From contig NC_043005.1 of NCBI RefSeq assembly GCF_006345805.1, forward strand, positions 87,482,001-87,546,000: DNA of 64,000 nucleotides, in the 5' to 3' direction. Made by a program: the position numbers and the translations under genes. Under the pieces are notes generated by a model. The model searched no databases, was not told the DNA's origin, and was given only the letters and a program-made list of their open reading frames with translations. This DNA is from Octopus sinensis. Taxonomy: Eukaryota. Below are positions 1-11,516 of this stretch, in pieces (the first letter of the stretch is position 1; each line of letters starts with the position of its first letter).

Positions 1-485
1 CGTTTGTCTGTCCTGGTTTGTCCTCTGTGTGTAGCCCCTTGTAGGTAGTAATAAAACAGGTATTTCGTCAGTTGTTACGTTCTGGGTTCAAATTGCGCCG
101 AGGTGGACTTTGCTTTTCATCCTTTCGGGGTCGAATTAATAAATACCAGTTACGCACTGGGGTCGATGTAATGGACTTTATGCCCTCCTTCAAATGTCAA
201 GCCTTGTACTTCCAGAAGAAAGGAATATATGTGAGCGTATATGTAATGTGCACGCATGTATGTGTGTGTGTGTATGTGTGTGTGTGTCTGTGTGTGTGTG
301 TGCGTATTTGCATTTTATGTGCGCTTGTTGCTGCTACGTTCTGAGTTCAAATTCCACCGAGGTCGACTTTGCCTTTCATCCTTTCGGGGTCGATTAAATA
401 AATACCAGGTACGCACCGGGGTCGATGTAATCGACTTAATACCCTCCTTCAAATTTCTAGCCTTGTATTTCCAGTAGAAAGGATT
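1..485 (+). mobile_element. Tandem partial copies of an OR1-like tRNA-derived SINE (tail at 1-57, bodies at about 60-225 and 335-485) separated by (TG)n
   Basis: Repeated B-box block gttctgagttcaaattcc plus central block gactttgcctttcatcctttcggggtcga, same as the full copy at 4460-4690. Confidence 0.8.
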
Positions 486-629
486 ATGTGTGAGTGTGTA
501 TGTAATGTGCATGCATGTATGTGTTTGTATGTGTGTGTGTGTATGTGTGTGTGTATGTGTGTGTGTGTGTGTGTGTGTTTGTCGGGGGTAGTAAATAGAA
601 ATATCGATTTTGTATGTTTTTTACCTTTT

Positions 630-1010
630 ACCATTTTACTTGTTTCAATCACTAGATTGCGGCAGTGCTGGAGCACCATGTAGAAGAAAGTTTAACCCAA
701 CGGATCGACCACACTGATTATTTTGTTTCTAAGCCTGCTACTTATTCTCACCGTATCTTTTTCCCAATTACTATATTATGGGATCGTAAACAAACCAGCA
801 CCGGTTATCAAGTGTTTTTGGGGACAGCCACACACACACACATAAATGACGGGCTTCTTTCAATTTCCGAGTACAAAATCCACTCAGAAAACTTTGGTCG
901 GCGCAAGGGTATAGTAAAAAGCATTCGTCCAAGGTACTACGCAGTAGGACTGTACCCGGAGCCTTGTGATTAAAAAGACAAGGTTCTTATCACACAGCCA
1001 CGCCTGCGTT
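630..1010 (-). mobile_element. OR2-like CORE-type tRNA SINE, diverged
   Basis: Colinear with the full copy at 59745-60162 (tail gctggagcacc, middle aaggctttggtcgg, head cacacagccacgcctgcg). Confidence 0.8.
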
Positions 1011-1254
1011 AAACTATACAATAGCTTAACGTTCATTTATTAAAGGCTTCATATTTCTGCATTAGTGTTTCCTATTTTGTTCGGAATAGGATTTATCTGA
1101 GGTTCATTAAGTTTTCGAAACTTCCAAGCGAAATATTCCTCTCTTTACCATTTCTTTGGTTTATTTATAATTTTTTTAATTTCATTTTGTTGTTTCCTTT
1201 AGATAGACACTTTAGAAACATGCAGAAAAGCGGAACCTCGTCGGAAAGAGCATG

Positions 1255-1331
1255 TTAAATAGCCTTTCCACATCCTTCGACAGCATTCCTGCAGTCACTG
1301 TCCTTGGCTACTTTCTTCCCTTCCAATTTAA
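1255..1331 (-). CDS. Possible terminal coding exon of an unidentified gene (xKLEGKKVAKDSDCRNAVEGCGKAI*)
   Basis: Acceptor ttgggctttgtctttctgcag ending at 1332, open frame to TAA at 1257-1255, AATAAA at 1165-1160; no homology recognised. Confidence 0.25.
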
Positions 1332-1544
1332 CTGCAGAAAGACAAAGCCCAATGGACGCAGATCTGACTGGCAACAGTAATGAAACTAAAATTTTTGAAG
1401 TAATAAACTATAAATCTTTTGTAGAATCTAGAGCCAGTTTTGTTTCGTATGTAGTCTTGTTTCGTATAAGAAGCACTCAATGTAATCAATGCATGTGTGT
1501 GTGTGTGTGTTGTGTGCATATTTGTATTTTATTCGTGCGTATTG

Positions 1545-1715
1545 TTGCTACGTTCTGACTCCAAATTTCCCTGAGGTCGACTTTCCCTTTCATCCTTTCA
1601 GGGTCGATAAATAAAGTACCAGTTTCGCACTGGGGTCGATGTAATCGACTTAATCCTTTTGTCTGTCCCTGTCTGCTCCCTCTATGTTTAGCCCCTTGTG
1701 GGTAGTAAAGAGATA
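1545..1715 (+). mobile_element. OR1-like SINE, 5'-truncated
   Basis: B-box, central block and tail tttagccccttgtgggtagtaaag match 4460-4690. Confidence 0.85.
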
Positions 1716-2467
1716 TATTATAGTTAATCGAACACATGCACGCAGTCTCTTCTTTCTCTGTGATCTGCTGTTCGATATTTGTTTCCTGAATGCAGTATAT
1801 TTAAATGGATTTTGTGAAATTTAGGAACGAAATAATTATCTTTTATTCACTTGAAAATTTTCAGCAATTGTTAACTACGGTTCTCTATACTTGTTATGCA
1901 CTCGAAATTGTTTCAAAGCAAGGTTTCTTTTTCAAATGTTCTATAAGAATTATCTATATTTGAAAGATTGTAAAATAAATTTTTTTTTAAACTATGAATC
2001 ATTCTCTAAAGATGTTTTATACGACACTAAAAAGTTTCTACAGCTTGAATAAGTAAGCAACTTGACACAGCAACTTGATATGGCAACTGACAAAACAACT
2101 TCATATGTCCAACAGGTTAAAACAGCCCAAAATTCGAGTATGATTTTCACTATTCATATCCATTGTGCTAAATGTCACATGGCACATCTGCTGGTCTAAA
2201 CCACTCAGGTGGCCACTCCGTGTGATTATCACATGCTCTTAATACAGCGACGTAACAGAAAACATAACAAAAATTCCGCTACCACACCGAGTGACCATCC
2301 TGAACCAATCAGTCTGTAAGTTAACGGATAGTATTCTGATCCACATTGTTTCTATAAAATGAACGAATTTTAGAAACAGCGTCAGAAATGATAAAATTTG
2401 CAATACATATCTACGGCATTCACTATTTACACTAAAATCATGCAAAAATATGACCGTGAAACATATT

Positions 2468-2647
2468 AAAACTGATTTCAAATTTTGGCACGAAGCCAGC
2501 AATTTCTTCAGAGAGGTGAGTCGGTTACATCGGCCCCGGTGCTCAACTGGCACTTACTTTATCAAATTTAAATTAATGAAAGGTAAAAAGGACCTCCATG
2601 GAATTTGAAGTCATAAGGCGAAAACGGACAAAATGCCGCTAAGCGTT
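2468..2647 (-). mobile_element. OR1-like SINE, diverged partial copy
   Basis: Reverse-complement similarity to SINE body and the tail variant aaattttggcacgaagcc. Confidence 0.6.
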
Positions 2648-3093
2648 CATAGAAATATAGACAAAGAACCACTCTGTGCATTTTCAACTTCATTTATTTC
2701 TTCTTTACTACTACTTGTATGGATTAGTAACTATATGTACACGCATGTACACAAACGCACACACACACACATATGCTAACGCTCAGGCTACCGTACACGC
2801 ACACATACATCTACATGTATGTACAGGATCACAGATCATGCATACATCTCCACAAATATAGTACAAGAATAGTTAGTTGTAAGAAACTCTTTCTCATGTG
2901 AAATCCTATTTTCTTTTGTATCCCTTATGTATCAATTCCTTTTTGGTACGGTGTATATGTACGGTCATATTTTCATACCATTGTAGTTACTGACCAGAAA
3001 CCAGCAGCCTTTGTGAAACACTTCTACAACTGAGAACTATGTATATATAAATACACAATCATATTCATAATAAAAGCATTAATATATGTAAAA

Positions 3094-3177
<84 letters not shown>

Positions 3178-3204
3178 TATACATATGCATAAATATGTAA
3201 AAGC

Positions 3205-3235
<31 letters not shown>

Positions 3236-4019
3236 TGTATGTGTGTAATTATATACATGTGTATATATCTAAATATGTGTCGTTGTTTATGTGTATCGAT
3301 AAAAATGTGTGCGTGTAATATACACACTCATAAACATACACGTGTGTATAACACACTTAACAATAGAAAGCTGTAAAAAGAAGGAAAGAACGAGAGCGAA
3401 TGAATTGTATTCGAGTTACATGTATATTGGTAAAAAAAAAATCAAGTTCGAAAGAAGTAGAAAGATATGCGTCTCTAGGTAGGACACATAGATGCATCTC
3501 AAAGAAATAAACGCCGAAGTTAAAAGCTCTTGTTATCGACATATAAAAGCAGTATTAGAAACATAACATACTTCTCTTAGCGAAAAAATAAGATGTATTC
3601 AGCTGGCCATCTTTGAGATGGTATATGCATTTAGCCTCATTGATGGAGCGAAACTGGCAGGAAGATCATGAAAAGGATGAATTTATATGGAATGCGCCAA
3701 CCTAAAATATATTTTCATCGTCTTTAACTAACATGAATCGGTAAAATTGAGAGTAATATCTTAGGCATTTAGAGCTCAACTTCGAAATGAAAAGGGTAAG
3801 TTATAACAACTGTCCAGAAGAGCAGGACGAACGTCAAGTGCGAGTGGTCAAAAGATATTAAAGAAGTGAGAAAGAATCCTGTAACAGCTAAAGCAGAGAC
3901 GGCAAACTCACTGAAGAGAGGAATTCTTCTATTACAGCAATAGTTTCCGTCTATGCTTGTTGAAGATATACAATAATAATAATAATAATAATAATACGCA
4001 CGCACACATACACATATAC

Positions 4020-4270
4020 ATCTGTATATATGGATACAGGTCGTCACCAACAGTAAACGTAAAATACAAAAACAAATCAGTTAAATACGCAAACAACGAG
4101 AGAAACAAATAGAAAACAGGACAAATAACATAAACAACGAACCTTCATCAGTTGTCGCCTGTCTATCAACTCCTTATTTCGAGCAGTGAACGAAAATAGG
4201 AGTCTTCGAAGATAGTTGCTCCTATAAGTATCAAAGTATAATTTGGGATTTATGTGGCGGGGGGGATAGT
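4020..4270 (-). repeat. Interspersed repeat, probably Penelope-like terminal region
   Basis: Shares gacaactga(t/a)gaagg...tttatgtt with 44690-44730 and 45690-45730. Confidence 0.4.
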
Positions 4271-4459
4271 GAAAAAAAAAAACAGGACAGTGGAGAGATA
4301 CAAGGAAGCCGGATGGAAAGAAACATGGAGGGTCGTTAGACCAGAACCAGCGGAAAATGGCGAACGCTGGAGGAATATTTCCTTTGACAAGAGAAAAGAT
4401 AGAAGCAAGAGATAGAATACGTCCAGTCATTAGAACAACACACACACGCGCACATATGC

Positions 4460-4690
4460 GCGGCGAGCTGGCAGAAACGGTAGCACGCCGGGCGAAATGC
4501 GAAGCCGTATTTCGTCTGCCGTTACGTTCTGAGTTCAAATTCTGCCGAGGTTGACTTTGCCTTTCATCCTTTCGGGGTCGATAAATTAAGCACCAGTTAC
4601 GCACTGGGGTCGATGGAATCGACTCAATCACTTTGTCTGTCCTTGTTTGTCCCCTCTGTGTTTAGCCCCTTGTGGGTAGTAAAGAAATAT
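4460..4690 (+). mobile_element. Full-length OR1-like tRNA-derived SINE
   Basis: Head cggcgagctggcagaaacggtagc, B-box gttctgagttcaaattc, conserved central block, tail gtgggtagtaaagaaata. Confidence 0.9.
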
Positions 4691-4694
4691 ATAT

Positions 4695-4711
4695 ATATGT
4701 AGAGAGAGAGT

Positions 4712-4797
<86 letters not shown>

Positions 4798-4798
4798 C
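4695..4798. repeat. (GA)n/(GATA)n microsatellite
   Basis: Directly visible. Confidence 0.95.
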
Positions 4799-4799
4799 A

Positions 4800-4960
4800 A
4801 TGGTCTTCTTTCAGTTTCCGTCTACCAAATCCACTTACAAGGCTTTGGTCGGTGCGAGATTATATCAGAAGACACTTTCCGTAGTTGTAACGCAGAGGGC
4901 CTGAAGCAAAACCACGTGATTGGGGAGCAAGCTTCTTAGTACACAGCCATACCTACGCCT
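4800..4960 (-). mobile_element. OR2-like SINE 5' half
   Basis: cttctttcagtttccgtctaccaaatccac...cacagcc matches 60005-60150. Confidence 0.8.
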
Positions 4961-5429
4961 AGATATCATAGCCTACACCTATACACCCACGGCTGCGCCT
5001 ACCTAGCCTCGTCTGCACCTCCACAGCTACGCCCACGCATGTATCTAGACAGCTAACAGCTACGCTTGTGCCCACACAGTCACGTGTCTGACTTACATGT
5101 TGATATTTTAAACACCCAGAGTAAGATGAGGACCAAATTTGACGCCAATAGGGTTTGAACGCAGGGAAATGAGCATAAAATGATTTTTTTTACGACATTC
5201 TAATGACTACCCCATTCAGCCGTTTTTGCATTGTTTATAAAAGAGTTGTTTCTAAAATTTATACCAGACCAGTTCTTTGGGGAGGAAGAGAAATCGGAGA
5301 GAATCGGCTCTTGTAATTGATGGTGCTAATTTTATCGGTCCCCGGACGATGGGAAGGAAAAATCACGGGCGATCGAATGAGACCTTCGAGTGTACAGAGA
5401 CAGAAGTAATTATAGTTATAATGAACTTA

Positions 5430-5732
5430 ATGCTGTTCTTGTTTTTGATAACGATGATGACGTTGATGATGACGATGATGATGATGGGAGCGTAGTTTTG
5501 GTGGTATTGGTCGTAGTTGTGGTGATTATGGCGGTGGTGTATGGGGATTATGGTGGCGGTGGTGGTGGTGGTAGGGCTGCTGGTCCTGTTGCTGCTGCAC
5601 TTGCTGATGATGATGGCGATGACGATGAACACAAATAAAATCGAATAAAATTAACCTTTATCGAAACAACAATAATAAAATCGAGACATTAACATTCACA
5701 ACAGTAACAATACATGTGTCTATCTCTCTAGC

Positions 5733-5789
<57 letters not shown>

Positions 5790-5790
5790 A

Positions 5791-5822
<32 letters not shown>

Positions 5823-5884
5823 CATACATTTGTATATATATATGTATATATATATATATATATGCATATATATGTATATATATG

Positions 5885-5920
<36 letters not shown>

Positions 5921-6326
5921 TTATATAATATATATATATGTGGTGTGTGTGTGTGTGTGTGTGTATGTATACTTATATATATAGCTATCTAAACATATGT
6001 ATGTATGTATGAATACATGCACACCCATAGGGTCCCTCGGCAGGCAACTCATCTCGAAGAAAGAGGACTCAAGGGAATTTGAAACAGCGATCTGTTTCCT
6101 AGAAAGAATTTGCAGCAAAACCTTTAAAACAAGACGATCAACAACCGAATGCAACGGGACGCCCCTTTCAGCTTCCCGATGGAGATCTGTGAACATCAAA
6201 TACAAAACCCGGAAGAGTTTGTGCGTTTCCTTTCAACCCCATCTCTTTCCAGCTTCAATTACTGTTTTCTCTTTGTGTGCGTGGAGTCTGTGAGGGCGGT
6301 TGTGAAGATGGCTTGAGATTACGAGA

Positions 6327-6359
<33 letters not shown>

Positions 6360-6597
6360 TATGTGTGTGTGTGTGTGTGTGTGCGTGTGTGTGTGTGTGT
6401 GTGTGTGATTTTGACTTTTTCTTTGTAAATGTTAGTATTTATATATGTCGGCACGATTTGTTTTTTATGTGTTTTGCGTTGGTTTTATTTATATATGAGT
6501 GGATGAGGCGATGGATGTGTGTGGAGAGGCAGAAATGTTTGAGGTTCGCGCACTTTTGGTTGGTCAACAGGTTTCTGTTTAGTATGGTATACGAATT

Positions 6598-6638
<41 letters not shown>

Positions 6639-7035
6639 ATGGTGGTGGTGGTGGTGGAGCTGGCGGCTGCGGCTGTGATAGTTGTAATAGCCGTGATGTT
6701 GTTGCTTTTGGTGCTGGTGGTGGTGGTGGTGGTGGTGGTAGTGGTGATGGTGGTGTTGATGATGATGATGGTGGTAGTTCTGGTACTGTTGCTGTGTGAC
6801 GTTAAGTATGGTAACGTATGGTGATGTTGATGATGATGATGACTCTAATGTTGATGATGATGACAACGACGATGATGGCGATGGTGGCGATGAAGATGAT
6901 GGTAGTGGTGGTGGTGGTGTTGATGATTATGATGATGATGACGCTAAGGATGATGATGATGATGATGATGATGTTGACGCTAATGATGATGATAATGATG
7001 ATGGTGACAGCGACCATGATAGCGATGGTGGCGAT
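5430..7035. repeat. Compound microsatellite block: (GAT/GGT)n, (TA)n, (TG)n, (AGT)n, (GAT)n
   Basis: Directly visible; explains the poly-D/M/V/H ORFs in the track. Confidence 0.95.
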
Positions 7036-7339
7036 GATGATGATGATGATGAATTTTAAGTAGATGCTAACGGTAGAATTTCTATTAATGAAAGTGATAC
7101 TGATGGTGATGTTGATGTGGAAAAAGAAGAGGTGGAGGGGGGAAGAGGAGTACAAATGGGTAACGATGATGCAGTGACTTTCATTACACTATTGTGATGA
7201 CCGAAAAGCAAATAGTAAAAGAAATATCGACTTAAAAGTTTTAAAACATCATGAAAAGGAATGGAAGTTTCTTGAGAGAAAAATATGGAGCAGAAGCCTA
7301 AGAAATGTGCGAATGTGTTTCTCTTCTTTTTTTGTCTTG

Positions 7340-7510
7340 TAGTCATCCAACTTCAGTAGGTGACACTGTGAGGTTCCTTCACGTATCGTTGTCTGGCATC
7401 GCATTCATCAAAACACTGCCATGAAGTCCAATGTCGTCCTCAATGATTTTCTCGTGGGGTCATGTTCAGGCGAGCACGACCACTAGTAACATTGCGGGGC
7501 CATGATAGAT
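7340..7510 (-). mobile_element. Degenerate RTE-like LINE 3' end
   Basis: Frameshifted minus-strand translation LSWPRNVTSGRARL / EKIIEDDIGLHGSVLMNAMPDNDT*RNL resembles the RTE C-terminal W..GRP..Y.D.L..D.G....AM.DR..W pattern. Confidence 0.45.
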
Positions 7511-7579
7511 AAGAATCGAACAAACACAAAACAAACTTAAAAACACATTAAAAAGTAAAATATATAATTGCGAAGACCC

Positions 7580-7915
7580 CCTCCCCTTCGGTTACGAATG
7601 ACCATGGGATTGCACCTAGAAAGTTACCCTCCGAGCACAAGTCCGAGTAAGGTTGTTTATGGAAGACCAGCAGCCGTCCATGCATACCAGCCTCCCCTCT
7701 CCACACCACTGATATTATCCGAGGGAAAGGCAAAGGGGCCGATACAACTTGGCACCAGTGATGTCGCAACTCATTTCTACAGCTGAGAAAACTGGAGCAA
7801 CGTAAGATAAAGTGTCTTACTCAAAAACACAACACGCAGCCCGGTCCGGGATTCGAACTCAGAATTTCACGATCATAAGCTCGACGCTCTAAACACTAAG
7901 TCATGCGCCTTCACT
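7580..7915 (-). mobile_element. Third tRNA-derived SINE family
   Basis: Minus-strand head gtgaaggcgcatgacttagtg...gagttcgaatccc (A/B boxes) followed by ttgagtaagacacttta. Confidence 0.8.
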
Positions 7916-7969
7916 ACAAAATATACAATTACTATGAAAATAAATACAAGTGAAAAAAAAACGTATCTT

Positions 7970-8475
7970 TTATGTTTTACCTGGTTCAATGATGAGACTG
8001 TGGCCATGCTGGGGCATTGCGTTGAAGAACTTTTGTTCGAAGGAATCGACCCCTGTACAGTTTTTTTTCTTTTTTAAAGTCCAATACTTATTCCATTGGT
8101 TCTGTATTGCCGGACCACGCTAAGTTACGGGGCCATAAACAGAACAACACTGGTTGTAAAGTGGTGGTGCTGGTGGTGATGCTGGTGGACAAACACAGAC
8201 ACAGACGTCCATTCACGTATACATAATATATATATACATACATACATACATACATACATACATACATACATGTGTGTGTGAGTGTATGTGTGAGTGTGTG
8301 TGAGTGTGAGTGTTTGTGTGTGTATATGTATGTGTGTATACATACATGAATGGGCGTCTTTCGTTTTCGATCTACCAAATGCACTCCGCCGAAGGCACTT
8401 ACTCGAGTTGACGCGCAGTAAGTAGGACTGAACCCGGCACCATTTGGTTTAGAAGAAAATTTCTTACCACATCGC
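7970..8475 (-). mobile_element. OR2-like SINE with internal (TACA)n/(TG)n expansion
   Basis: Colinear with 59745-60162. Confidence 0.8.
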
Positions 8476-8916
8476 AATCTCTATATATATTTGTATAAAA
8501 CGAAGTTATTATAGACACAACACAGTTTTTCGAAGCATAATTTAAGAACTCCGAAGCCATACCATTAAAAGCGTCATTAAAAGAACCAATAAACAATTGG
8601 AAACATCAGACAGATGTGTGATGTAGTTTTATATGGAAGCTTCCAGTTCGTTCGACGGTCGTAGTGACACATAAGTGCAATGTGTCGTAATATACGTAGA
8701 CATAGTTATATATCACTCTTTTGTATTTGGTTTGCAAGATTCTTCATGTGAATTCGTGTGTTGAAACCAGTATTGTTGCCTCTAGGGAGATCCATTATGC
8801 CAATAAAAAGTGAAATAAACACAGTTACGGGTTCGAAAACACTTCTTTGTTTTATCAACGAATTATTCAATAGTTTGTTTAATGTGTTGGTTGAACAATC
8901 AATCGGTTGTTAGTTT

Positions 8917-8963
8917 TCTCTGTCACCGTCCTTTCGTCGCCATTCGCGACACCATCAGAGACA
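8917..8963 (-). ncRNA. Degenerate type I hammerhead ribozyme relic
   Basis: CUGAUGG-U-GUCGC/GCGAC-GAAA; A9G, GAC instead of GUC, stem I 4 of 5 pairs. Confidence 0.45.
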
Positions 8964-9165
8964 TACCCTCAGGCGATAATGTGTAATTCCATACATGGTC
9001 ATATGCTGATCGTAAGTATACATGCGAAATTATATGATTTCTGTGTGTGTGTGTGTGTCGGTGTCGTTGTCGATAAAGTGTCTCTGTACATGCCAGGATG
9101 AGGAAACGCACGCGCGTGTGTATGTGTGTGTGGTAGATACGTAGGCGGGGATGTTATGTATATGA

Positions 9166-9397
9166 ATTTCTTTATTACCCACAAGGGGCTAAACACAGAG
9201 AGGACAAACAAGGACAGACAAACGGATTAAGTCGATTATATCGACACCAGTGCGTAACTGGTACTTATTTAATCGGCCCCGAAAGTATGAAAGGCAAAGT
9301 CGACCTCGGCGGAATTTGAACTCAGAACGTAGCGGCAGACGAAATACTGCTAAGTATTTCGCCCATCGTGCTAACGATTCTGCCAGCTCACCGCCTT
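9166..9397 (-). mobile_element. Full-length OR1-like SINE
   Basis: Reverse complement of the 4460-4690 family throughout. Confidence 0.9.
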
Positions 9398-9589
9398 CAC
9401 GATTTTATGTTTATAGGTGTATGAATGTGTGCGGGAGATGAATTAGAATAACTTTTTTCTAAACTTTAAAGCATTAAATTAAATTTAAAATAAACTTAAA
9501 AAAATTAAATGAAAAACAATAATGTTAATTGAAAGTTTAAAAAAATGAAAAACAAAATAATATAAAAGGAAAATAAAGGCAGAAGCTGT

Positions 9590-9790
9590 TTCAAGAAGGA
9601 CGGGGATTCGAGTTTCAGGTCGAACGGTTCGAAGAGCACTATTGTTGACGAAGTCTAGTGGTGGTGTGCCATAGTGACAAGCGAAGCCGAAGACAGTAAG
9701 GTGTTTGGTGAAGTGGTTGGGAGTCGAAAAAGGATGGGCGACAGGGACATGTGTTTTGTTGGTGAGTATCCCGTAGATGTTCATTGAATC
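9590..9790 (-). mobile_element. Penelope-like element endonuclease C-terminal relic
   Basis: Frameshifted FNEHLRDTH / VAHPFSTPNHFTKHLTVFGF resembles the F.EH......PVA.HF....H segment of PLE GIY-YIG domains. Confidence 0.55.
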
Positions 9791-9959
9791 TATCAGCTGT
9801 GCCCTCTCACACATACGTCACAAACATAAACACAAAGACGGCAAGACAGATACTAACACATGTACACACACACACTGGTCATTTTCGCACTCTATCGCCT
9901 AAAAGAGCCACTTGCTCTATCCCTCTCCACCTCCAACCAGTTACATATACAGTTCTATA

Positions 9960-10255
9960 TTTAAGAGATGAGGAATTATGTGCATTATTTACATTATTTA
10001 CATCTGACGGATATTTGACTGATATACCCTCCAGCCTTCATCAGGTGTCTTGGTGAAATTTCGAACCTGGTTTCTCATTCCTAAGGTATTTTTCTATGTT
10101 GTTGTTGTTGTTGTTGTTATGACTACTACTACTACTACTATACTACTACTACTACTACTACTACTACTATTATTATTATTATTATTACTATTATTCAGGT
10201 CACTGATTGGAATCGAACTCAGAACCGCGCTCTTAACCACTGTGCCACATGCCCA
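9960..10255 (-). mobile_element. tRNA-headed element with internal trinucleotide tract and half hammerhead
   Basis: A box TGGCACAGTGG and B box GTTCGATTCC at 10255-10205; CUGAUGA at 10044-10038 with stem GGCUG/CAGUC. Confidence 0.6.
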
Positions 10256-10289
10256 TTATATTTCTTTGCATCAACCAGAGAATTTTCTT

Positions 10290-10645
10290 GGTACTTTATA
10301 TTACCTGCCAGGAACAGATAAAGGCAAAATCAACGTCGGCAGGATTTCATTCCAGAGCGGAAAAAGCCGGATGATGTACAACCCGGCATTTCTTTCGGTG
10401 TGTTAACCATTCGACTAGCTCGCCATTTCTATAATATTGGTTTGAAATTTTAACCCAAGGCAAAAAAAATATAAATTCAAGGGTGGGGGTTAAATCGACT
10501 GTATGATCCACAATACTCAGTCGCTCCTTATAATGGATGAAAGGCAGAATCGTCCTCGGAATAAAATTTGAACTCAGAACGTAAAGGCGGACGAAATGCC
10601 GCTAAGCATTTTGGTGCTCCGGATTCTGCCATTTCGACGCCTTCT
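10290..10645 (-). mobile_element. Two partial OR1-like SINE copies
   Basis: gatgaaaggcagaatcg / atttgaactcagaacgtaaag / ctaagcattt blocks. Confidence 0.7.
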
Positions 10646-10832
10646 TTATTGCGCATAAATAATGCAATGTTTTCGACGAATGCCTTCGTACTGTTGGGAA
10701 ATATGTTACAACAAATTTGCTACAGACGCATAGTCAGCTGGTGAATATATGCTAAACATGCACGACAGATGTAATGATTAAACTTTTTGAAAGTAATATA
10801 TTTCATGCTTGCATATATACATACACACACAC

Positions 10833-10879
<47 letters not shown>

Positions 10880-10955
10880 AGCATGCTTGTGTGTGTGTGT
10901 GGGCGAGAGAGAGGAGTAATTATGTTAGTATATTCATAGACGTTTATATATATGT

Positions 10956-11039
<84 letters not shown>

Positions 11040-11516
11040 CATATATATGTGCGTGCGTATATGTGTATATGTGTGTACAATTATGGGTTTTATTAATGAA
11101 CAGAAGTTATTTAAGTGGTATGCTGGCATGCTGTTTGTCGTTGGTGACGTCTCACGATTGGCTTGTATGTAATAGGTAATTAGTTAATATTTTATTATTA
11201 ATTAAAATACTTGCATGTTTCGAGTTGTTTTATACAGGCTTTTAATAACAGGTTGACTGTTCAACAGCCAGTGCACATTTCGTTCATGTCATCACGTTTT
11301 TAGTGCTGTCTTCGGTTTAATAAGTGTAATTTCTATTCGACCTAATGTTATCGGATTGGATTTTGCCCTGAATAAACTTTAAGTTAATGATGTTTTAATT
11401 ATGTATGGATGCGTTTTAATTATACGCGGACGCAGGTGTGGCTGTGTGGTAAGACGTTTGCTTCCCAACACAATGGTTGCTAGTTCTAACCTGCGGCATG
11501 GAACCTTGGGTTAAGT

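Noticed and set aside
3560-3950. Possible old LINE 3' remnant or exon
   Set aside because: Only vague resemblance to LINE C-terminal motifs, with stops in all frames
4135-4175. CTGATGA with an upstream GAAA (also at 44703 and 45699) as a permuted hammerhead
   Set aside because: No valid NUH triplet or stem II could be formed
5921-6293. Overlapping open frames on both strands (DLHREAERGVPLHSVVDRLVLKVLLQIL...) with a minus-strand acceptor near 6191
   Set aside because: No recognisable homology and no convincing donor site; cannot be supported as an exon
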